Part shown: positions 51,426 to 61,800 of the stretch, one piece after another | Layout of the letters: the number at the start of each line of letters is the position of its first letter | Numbering within the stretch: the first letter of the stretch is position 1 | Source of the DNA: Antedon mediterranea | Taxonomy: Eukaryota > Animalia > Echinodermata | DNA length: 64,000 nucleotides | Assembly (NCBI RefSeq): GCF_964355755.1 | Contig: NC_092680.1 | Coordinates: 5,270,001-5,334,000 of the forward strand | Direction of reading: 5' to 3' | Made by a program: the position numbers and the translations under genes | Notes under the pieces: generated by a model | What the model was told of the DNA's origin: nothing | Database searches by the model: none | The model's input: only the letters and a program-made list of their open reading frames with translations

Positions 51426-51749
51426 TTATAAAACTGTTAAGTTTAATTTCAAAGGACATAATCCATCAGGGATATTTGCAATTAAAAATACAATCAATTG
51501 AATTCTCTTGTGGGATTGATCCTGGAATTGTAAAAGAATGGAATGAATAAGAAGTGACAATGTATTTACAATCTATTGTAGGGCTAACAGTAGATAAAAC
51601 AAACCCACCCAACATTGTCCCCACCCAACTTTAACAATGGGAGTCTATTAATGAATGAGTTGCTTTGGACTGGGTGGTTAATGTCCAATTTACAGTTACA
51701 ATTAAATCTAGCTTTTTTAAAGAAAGAAATGTTAAAACATGAATTATAC

Positions 51750-51786
51750 CATAGAGATATTGTAGTCATATAATCATAGCTCTATG
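51750..51786. mobile_element. 37-bp micro-element CATAGAG..CTCTATG with 7-bp TSD
   Basis: ATTATAC at 51743-51749 and 51787-51793 flanks a 7-bp TIR. Confidence 0.65.
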
Positions 51787-51994
51787 ATTATACCTTGAGT
51801 ATGTTTTCTTATTGTATGTACTATGTTGCCATGGGTAATGTATAAATATCAGAAGATATAAATTACAAGTGAAATCGCTGCCATGATTTATTCAAATAAA
51901 ATACATTCCTTTGCAAACTCAATTGTCTTTTAATTTGATTATATGATTTGATATTCAATTAATTAATTAATATTATAGCCCATATAAAATCTAA

Positions 51995-52140
51995 AGCTCT
52001 GGCTACACTTTCAAACAAAGTGATATGCCCAAATATGGTAGTGATATGCCCAAATATGGTAGTGATATGACATCATCATGTCTATATATGGGCACATCAC
52101 ATTTTTTGTTCACATAAAGTTTGATAGTGTAGACAGAGCT
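51995..52140. mobile_element. PIF/Harbinger-like MITE
   Basis: TAA-AGCTCTGGCTACACT..AGTGTAGACAGAGCT-TAA. Confidence 0.85.
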
Positions 52141-52680
52141 TAAGATTTAAAGTATACAATATTTATTTTCTATATGTTGCTAAAGTGAACTGTGAGAAAT
52201 GCTGACAGATTCTTACAGCAATAAAAGTGTGACTTGTATGGACAAACGGTTTACACTGCTCTATGTATAGCAGATCCTTTGTAAGCTGGCCAGTCTAACA
52301 GCTCTGCATTCTATTAGGAACCATTCTACTACTGTATGAGCAGCATGCGGAATGGTCTAAAAGATTAGTTGGGGGAGGGGTTTTCATGGATGAAACCGAC
52401 TTTCCATATGATAAAAATAATCAACTTTTGACATAATGTAACACACTTTTTAAAATATAAATACTGTACCTGGTATTTAAATGGTACGTACTATACAATA
52501 ATTACAAATCTACTGTACAAAACTTTCAAAAAATACTACATTAATAGTCTCCCTTCATTATTTGTGAACAATCATTTTACCTGTTTATTGGCCAAGATGC
52601 CAAAAATTGAACTATAAAATGTACTTATTTATCCCTTTTTTTTATTCCATATTATAAGGTGATTCAAATGTCAAGTTCCA

Positions 52681-55599
52681 TTAATAAAATAATGATTTAT
52701 AAACTTCACTCTTTTCTGGATTATAATCTTTTTTTTTCTTTTCAATGTCTTTCAATTCTTTTTGCTTTTTCATTTTCTTTTCAAGTGTCTTTTCTTTATC
52801 AGTTTCAACCTTCTTATTGAGGTGTGTTTTCTTTGTTGATGAGGTTAAAACAGCAGGTACTTTGAACACATCTTGGCTCTTTTCTTCCGCCCCTTTACTA
52901 GCTGTGTCTATAGTTTTTTGATCTTCAGTTGAGCCTAAGTAACAAACACAAATTAATTAGTATATAAGGAATGAAATAATAGGTTTCTATTAATTTTTCA
53001 CCAAAATATCCCGAAAAACAATTTATATGCCATGTTTTAGTAGAAGTGGTAGGAGAGTTGCATTTAAGAACGTAAATGTGAACTCACGATTAGCCAGTAG
53101 TTCAATAGGATTTACATGGACAATGTTTAAATTAATTGATGGTCTCATGATGAATAAGAAAATATTATGTTTTACCAGTAGATGTTTGCGGTTGCTCTAA
53201 CGAATCTGTTAACTTCCTTTTTTGGGCCTTCTTTGCTTTCTGTCAAAATGAAAGAATATTTTAACATTTATTTTATACTGCACAGATTATTAGTGGTATC
53301 AAAATATTGCTATTTTTGAGCATTTTAACGACAGTAGAAATAGAGTATTATACCATACTAACTTTAATTTTTTTTTACCTTTTCTGCTTTAAGCCGTGCC
53401 TTGCGCTCTTCCATCTTTGTTCTCATTAAATCAACATCTTCGTCACTTCCATTTAAAATTATCCAATCTTCATCAAATGGTTTACCACACTGTCAAAGAA
53501 ATCAATAACGATTTTATCAATGTAAGTATGTTTCTAAATTCATTTAAAAAAAATGTAAACTCTGTCTATGCTATCAAACTTTATGTGACAAAAAAAATGT
53601 GATGTGCATGATGATGTCATATCACTGCCATATTTGGGCATATCACTGCCATTTTTGGGCACATCACACTTTTTGTGTCAAACTAGTTTGATAGTGTAGA
53701 CAGAGATTAAGAACTTACATTATGACAAGTATCTGACTTGATTTCTTTTAAGGCCCGTTCTGCAAACACACATCCACATTTCCAACGAAAACCAAATCTG
53801 CAAAATAAATAAGTTCATACATTAACTCATTTAATTTGAATTAAAAAAGATTCCTGTATAACATTCTTTGAAAGATGTTGTGGTTGAAGTGAAATTTGAT
53901 GCATTTGAAACATGCTTGTTTACTAATCTAGGTAACTAACCAAGGTTTTCCTTATGCTCTGTTTGTTTAAGCTAGTTTGACAAAAAAAATGTGAGGTGCC
54001 CAAATAGGGTAGTGATATGACATTTCCATATATGGGCACATCACGTTTTATTGTCACATAAAGTTTGATAGTGTAGACGGAGCTTTACAGCCCAAAAAGG
54101 GTGTGACTGCCTAAGTCTCATATGAGACTGAATTGTATGTTATCCTATTATAATTGGTGAATATGCGTCTTGTAATTGAACCATTTGCATCATTCTACCT
54201 GAAAACAATTTGCAACTTACTTGTATCGTCCATTCATTTCTAAGCCTGTGATTGGACAAATGTATTCCGCTATTAAAGTGTCATTGTAAACACCGCCACC
54301 TTTCATTATCTCATCTTTTTGAAATGTAGGATTATCTGTGAGATTCAGGTCTTTTATATCCTACAGGAAAAATAAGGTTAATCTCTGTGATATGCCCAAA
54401 TATGGTAGTGATACGCCCTTTGAGCCTATGAGCATTAGATACAGAAATTAAAATACCAAAGTATAATTATATAAGATTCCGAATTTTGAGAATAATGAGT
54501 AAAAGCTAATATTTGCTGTATACTTAGGAATTAATATACAAATTTAACTGTAATTTGAAAATACAAGACAAAAAGCAGTATTAAAAACTTCTGTAAATCG
54601 TAAGCAGATTGTTCCAAGAACTGTACACTCTGAGCAGGTACAGTATTATAAGATTGGGCGCAACATATTTGTTAAATTACTTAGAGGTTTAGATTCAGCT
54701 TATTTAGTTTAGTTGATTATTTAGAGGTTAATAGGGTGAACATTTTACTATTAAAAATCATGTGGCTGATTTCAGATACTACCACGGTCAGTAAAATGAA
54801 GAAAAAAAATACCTTTAATGTCTTGATGTGGTCACAATTGCTATTGGCTGGTTTTTCAACTTCTATCAAAAATTCCAACACCGATTCTTTGTTGTATAAC
54901 CTGATAGAAGAAAAAAGATATATAATTAAAATATGATAACTGTATGCAATTACAGCCATAGCTTTCCTCTTTACTTTTAATTGTCATGGATTAAAGTATT
55001 TTAAACTTACATTCCAAGTTGACACGCCACAATTGGCTGCCTGAGTGGTTCTTGGGTGATACTACAATGTCTCCACTTAGCAACACGTTCAAACTCCTTT
55101 TGAGCCTAAAAATATAAATTTGTAGGATAAATAAGTACATATTCAAATTATCAAACTCTGTAAAATTTAATTTTAAAAAATTAAAATAAACAATATTATT
55201 ATTAATTAATTAAATACATTTATATTTTACAAAAAAATCAAAAAGAAAATGTACTAGCCTAGGCTAGAATTTATAAATAAAATGTTTGATTCAAACTTTT
55301 TGAATGAAGACATCCATACATACTTCAAAACACACTCACTGTATCATATGACTCTATCTAAATTTAAATGTCTAGGCCTGGTTGGTACCATATCTCACCA
55401 CACCACGCAGTCTTCCTTAAACCGTGCATGGCTGGCCCTAGCCTAGGCCTAGAATTTAGAATAGCCTAGGCCTAGCCTTGCTAGGCCCTAGAGTTTATAA
55501 TAGTTATGCTTCTTATAAGAAATTAAATACCTGTTCCGGTTTTTTTTTTGTCCGAACAAGGTCCTGACGACCAGGTATACTTCCTCCATCTCCTCCCAT
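52681..55599 (-). CDS. RTF2: Replication termination factor 2, 299 aa
   Basis: Exons (minus) 55599-55531, 55105-55011, 54900-54813, 54360-54221, 53797-53719, 53489-53379, 53239-53176, 52934-52681. MGGDGGSIP, W..CSITQEPL..PIVACQLG.LYNKESVLEFL, YICPITGLEMNGRYKF, WKCGCVFAERALKEI..CHNCGKPF, SEVYKSLF. Confidence 0.94.
53559..53707. mobile_element. PIF/Harbinger-like MITE
   Basis: TAA flanks on both sides; ends 11 nt from RTF2 exon 5. Confidence 0.85.
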
Positions 55600-55886
55600 T
55601 AAAATTAAGAATATTAATTTCTAATAAATCAGTATTTAAAACAAAATTATCTGGTATTGATCTACCTAGCCCTAGGTCAGCCTTTGACTTCTTTTGATTG
55701 AGGAGTCACTCGCATCGTACAACACAAGACATCCAAATGCGCTGCAGGAAGTGATCAAAGTATGAACAGCCGAATAATGTTTGTGCCTTTCGTCATGTAT
55801 GACAATAACGTTTCTCAGGAAGACTTACCCTTCATTGAAATGGAATAGTCGGCCATAGACGTCTTTTAAATGCCCTATGACCCAAC
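55600..55886. promoter_or_regulatory. Bidirectional promoter RTF2/DDX24
   Basis: Divergent start codons only 287 bp apart; ETS-type CAGGAAGTG at 55745-55753. Confidence 0.7.
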
Positions 55887-58800
55887 ATGTCAGCCTCCAC
55901 AAAGTTTAACATGAGGAAAAAAGTGAAAGTCAAACAAGCAGAACATTCTGGGCATATAATTGAGAAAGGACAATGGAAACCAGTCGATTTGGATACCAAT
56001 TTACTTTCAGATGGGGACTTTGATGGTTTTATGGGACTAGAAGTCCTTACTGATTATGAAATTACGGGAGTTAGTGAGTCAGGCCTAGCTTCATCAAAAT
56101 CAAAAAGTGAACCGATCTCACAACAGACGACAAAACTCCCTAAGAAGGTACAGAATATGGTCGTTTCAACCTTTTTTTTGCAATCATTATGCCTACACAG
56201 TTTACAAAAATATTTGTCAGCCACATAATTATACAATTATCGATCAAGCTATATAAACCTATAATAAATAATAATATAATAATTATTAATTTAAATGTTA
56301 TATTTACTTTTTACTTTGGAAAACTTGAAATATTTATGTATACTATAATATAGTATTTGGTTACATTTTTCTGTTTTTATTATCAATTATTTTTATTTAT
56401 TATTAGTCCTAGTAAAGTAAAATTCAAATTTTCTCCATGGGGTTTATTTACTATTTAATTAGTTTAAACTAATCGAATATATTTAACTAAAACTTCTTGT
56501 TATCTCTAGAGATATGGTACCATTCCACCAGTACTTGATTTATTTTATATTTCTCATATTTTGCCACAGTGATTAAAAATAACTGATTGATAACTTATTT
56601 TTTTTTGTGTTTATAAAGAAGAAAGCCAAGCAAACTAAAAAGAGAACAAATGATGTCACCAAGAAAGACAATGGCGAAAGTTATACCTTGCCATCTAAAA
56701 GGGCCAAATTGGAATTGAAACCAACTAAAGAAAAGAAAACGTTGAAGAAAACTCCCAAGCAAAAGATCATTGAAGAGATAAGACGACGGCAGGGAAAGAA
56801 GAAGAGGGAACACAAAGTTCAAAATATACCCGGTACATTTAATTTCTGAGAGCTTTTCAAACGTCCTCTTATTATGTCAAGTACAATCATGTTTACCAAT
56901 AATTAAATTTGTATGGCTGATTTGTGTCCCAAAACAATGTTTGAATCTTGCGTTAATTTGTTATTGCAATAAAATATATGAAATAATGGAAATGTTAATC
57001 AAATAAGTATTGAACACTAGCTACAAACACAGTTTCATTAATATGGAAAAAATCAAATGTTGGCATAGCTTTTCTGGATACACTTGTATTGGCCTTGTTC
57101 TGTCAAAAAGACAACTACAACTCAAAATTTATTTTAAAAAAACACCCCCGTTAGATTAATGGTACAATTTACATTTTAGAGGTTGACATGTCAGCTTGGC
57201 AGGAAATGCAACTACCAAATGTTTTAGTGAAAGCACTGGAAGAACAATGTTTCACAACCCCTACACCTATCCAGAGTGAAACAATCCCAACAGCTATGAA
57301 CAACAAGACTGACATCATAGGTGCAGCAGAAACTGTAAGATATCAACAATTAATTTTCTTCATTTTCTTTCTTTGAAAATATATTCAATATTATGGATGT
57401 TCAAGATTAGCATGAAGCCCCATTTTAAAGCACTGATGAAAAATACATCATGACAATGTTTGCCCCTTTTTTCTGTAACAATTCTAGCTACTGACTTTTA
57501 GTGTTTTAGTTACTTTCTACAAAACATTTTAGCATTCATAATAGAAATTTGAATAATTTCCATTCAAAAGTGTTGCTGAAGTTTACACTTTATATTGTCT
57601 TCAAGATATAACACTAAGTTAAATTTATAGATACAATACACTGAACTGATGTGATTCTGTTAGGTTATTGCATTTGAAATGTGTCAATATGTTTAAGATT
57701 TATACTATAAAACTGCACATACATTTAATGATTATTTTAGTATTGTTGCTCAGAGATTTACCATGTTTAAACAAGACAAAAAATTGTCCATCCCAAAAGC
57801 CCGTACCATGGCTGGTCAATTTAAAATCTCTTACATTGGTTCAATATTTTGGAACAACCTGCCTTTAGATATAAAGAATATTAAGTCTAAAAATAATATT
57901 AAAAATATAACAGAACTTTTATAATTAAGATACTGATTTATGGTGGCCCATCGTTTTTGTTGTTGTTTTGTTTATGTCCTTTATAAAGTGTATGTTAATT
58001 TCATTGATATGTATTGCATTTGCTATTTCAGTGTTATTCTTCGTAGTAAATGTATTTGTTAGTATGGGGCAAACCTTTGATTAGCGAAAGCTATTTTCTT
58101 TGCTCCAATTTGCTATTGCTAAATAAAGAAAGACTATAATTTATTTTTCATACTTTCCACAGGGCAGTGGCAAAACACTTGCATTTGGTCTGCCCATCCT
58201 CAGTCACATTCTTCATCTTAAGAAAAGCATAATAAAAATAACGGCTAATGCAAAACCAGAAGATGTGCAAGAGGCAGAAGATGTGTCAATAGACACAGAG
58301 GATGTAGGGCTGGTTAAAGTTGATGATGATATTGAGAATGAAGATTGGATGCCAAAAATAAAGAAGATAAATGAGGACGAAACGTTTATGTGTCTGATGC
58401 TAACGCCGACGAGAGAGTTGGCTGTGCAAGTTGCCAAACATCTACAAAATGTTTCTAAATATACAGACATTAAGGTAATGTTGACATACATATTATGTCT
58501 GTTATCATGTTTAGTTTTACAATAATTTAAACTGCATGGGATGCTTTATTTTTATTCATAGATTGCAGTTGTTGTTGGTGGAATGGCGCCAGAGAAACAG
58601 TTGCGTATACTGAAGAAGCGACCAGAGATTGTCGTGGCAACACCTGGCAGGTTATGGGAATTATATGAATCTGTAAGTTAGCTCATCCTGAAGTCCAACA
58701 CAACAAAACAGTTTAAAAATTGTCTGTAACTAATATATTAATGTCCCATATGGTGGGTACAATTTTTGTTTTTATTCTGGGTCCATTTCCATTGTCGACA

Positions 58801-61800
58801 ATCTACCATGGATGGCACTTTGAACAGAATACCAAAAAGAGTACATGAAACAATTTGTGTACTTGTAAATTATATTTTTGTACTTTATCTACTGACATAC
58901 TATATCTGATGTTATTTATCTGTATAGGGAGCAGCACATGTCAAACACATGTCGCAGACACGTTTTCTCGTAATCGATGAAGCAGATAGGATGGTGGAGA
59001 AAGGCCATTATGCAGAACTAACCAATATTCTGGATATCCTTAATGGGCAAGTTTTTTCTGATATTGTTTCATGGTTTTATAGAAGCTTGAGTACTTATCT
59101 CTGTACTGATACAGAAATTTATATTTTATATGAATACTTGGTAAAAATATGGAGTGGAGCTGTAGCTTGTCGTTAATATGCTTGGCTTCCAATCCCAAGG
59201 TCCAGGGTTCAATCCTGACCTAGTGCCAGTGCCTTAAATTAGACATAGTTTATACGCATGATGAACTATAAAATAGTTTATCCATCCTGTAATTGGCGAG
59301 TTTGTGCTCACTGTTGGATGAGTATGAAATAAATAAATATATAATAAATACAATCTCCAAGCAAAAAAGTGCAAAACCTTAATACAATGGTATGTACACT
59401 ACGTACCTGTAGGTATTATTCAGTCTATAAAACTTTCTTATACTGGTCTCTGAACACCTTATCACTTGATAAAAACATTATTTAATTTGCTTCTTTATTG
59501 AAAAATATCTGCATGTATAGTAATAATTTACATATTGTTTTCGTTATTTTTAGGTCAAGCACTCGCAATAAACGACAAACGTTTGTGTTTTCAGCAACTT
59601 TGAGCCTCATCCACTTGGGTCCAAATCGAAAGAAATTTCTAAATCGATATAAATCAGATAAGAAAGAGAAATTAGGTACTAATTTTGTTGACATACGTGA
59701 AATAATTTATATAGTGTGAACAGGGAGTTGTTATTTAATTAATTACAACTCCCTGGTGTAAAAATGTCTGTGCTATGCTTAGATGCTAACTTTTAAAATA
59801 ATTTTAGATTCATTAATGGAAAAGATTGGTATTCGTTCTGATGCAAAGTTATGTGATTTAACAAGAAAACAGGGAACAGCAGAAAGACTGATTGAAACGA
59901 AGATTGTTTGTGATGTAGATGAAAAGGTTAGTGCTTTAGGTTCTTCCGTTGGCTAATTTTAGATGGGGCGTTAACCCAGACTATAAACTGTAAGACCAGT
60001 GTACATAATTTACCCGTGTGCACTTTAAAGAATCCAGTTCCTCATTGAAAAGGAGTAGACTAAGGAGGGATTGCTGCCTATTTGATACGACAGTGATTAA
60101 TTTACTATTGGCCTAAATACATAAATTAAAAAAATAGTGACCATTGCTGTTTTTTTCACTTTATATTCTGAAGAATATTAATCTTCCTTTTCTCCTTTTT
60201 TAGGATATCTACCTATACTACTTTTTACTTCAGTATCCCGGAAGAACACTCATTTTCAGTAACAGTATTGATTGCATTCGACGACTGGTGTCAGTATTCA
60301 CCCTTCTACAGTGTTGTCCTTTACCTCTGCATTCTTCCATGCATCAAAGACAGCGTTTGAAGAACTTGGAACGGTTTGCCGCTAACCCTAAGGGTGTGTT
60401 ATTAGCGACTGATGTAGCTGCGAGAGGACTAGACATTCCAAACGTTCAACACGTTATACATTATCAAGTACCACGCACATCAGAGGTAAAGCTCTCTCTA
60501 CTCTATCAAAGTTTATGTGACAAAAAAATGTGATGTGCCCATATATGGACAGGATGATGTCATATCACTAATATAGTTGGGCATATCACTACCATATTTG
60601 AGCACATCACACTTTTTTTGTCAAACTAGTTTGATAGTGTAGACAGAGCTTTAGACTGGTTTTATTTCTTCTATTCAATAAAAAGACAGATTTTTATAAT
60701 TTATAATGATAATGTATTTGCTAGTGTATGTGAAAAAGTAGTATTAAAGTATTTAAAAACAAGATTAAGACATCAGTTTTATTTTTTATAAAAAACGTTT
60801 TTCTATATAGTCTTATGTACATCGAAGCGGTAGAACTGCAAGAGCCAACAAAGAAGGACTTAGTTTGATGCTGGTGTCACCAGTTGAGGTCTCTTCCTTC
60901 AAGCGAGTTTGCAAGACTTTGAACAGAGGTAATAATATTACGATTTGACCAGTGGCATAATGCAGAGGCGTTAGGAAAACCTAAGTAGGTTCCAATGCAT
61001 TTATAGCCTTTTCGGCATATGATAGGGCCTGTTTTTTCCCCTGGGCACTGCTCATGGGCCCCCCTGGGTTTAGCCAGTGAGGGCTCATAGCTGTTATTCC
61101 ACTGGTTTTGACGCACCTTTCATAGTATTGAGTTCTATTAAATAAATAATATTATATATTATAATCAGTTTTGAATTTTGTAACTATAAATGATGTTATT
61201 ATTCTTTACAGAGGATCTTCCTCTTTTCCCAACTGAAATCAGATATTTGCGAGAGGTGAAAGGTCGTGTTGATGCGGTTCGTGACCTGGAAACAATTGAG
61301 CATCGTCTGGCTAAAAAGCGACATCATAATGATTGGTTTATCAAGGCAGCTAAAGAGATCGATGTTCAACTGGATGAAGACCTCCTGTATCCTTCATTAT
61401 ACGGCCATACTGCGTTGAAACACCGGTTCTCGTCAGATCACCGAAGTTAAGCAACGTTGGGCCCGGTTGCGTTCTGGATGGGAGACCGTCTAGAAATCGT
61501 GGCGGGTGCTGTATATACTGGAGACTGATGGTGTAATGGTAATATCGGACTAGCATGTGATAGGCATGGGTTCGAGGTTATCTGTACCATACTAATTGCA
61601 TCCTTAGGCAAGATGCTTTACTCTCATTGCCTAATCTGGTAGGCGCTGCACTGCTGGCTGCCGTGGGTCCGTGGAGGGCCTAATCCGAATTTCCTCACTG
61701 AGGACAAATATTAATACAAAATACAAAAAAAATTAAAAATACATTTTTGATAATCAATTTTCATTAAAGCTATATCTACACTGTGAAACTAGATGTGCCC

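Noticed and set aside
59034-59041. ATATCCTT as a U12 AT-AC donor in DDX24
   Set aside because: An in-frame AC exists at 59530-59531, but there is no U12 branch sequence and the resulting peptide fits DDX24 worse than the GC-AG junction.
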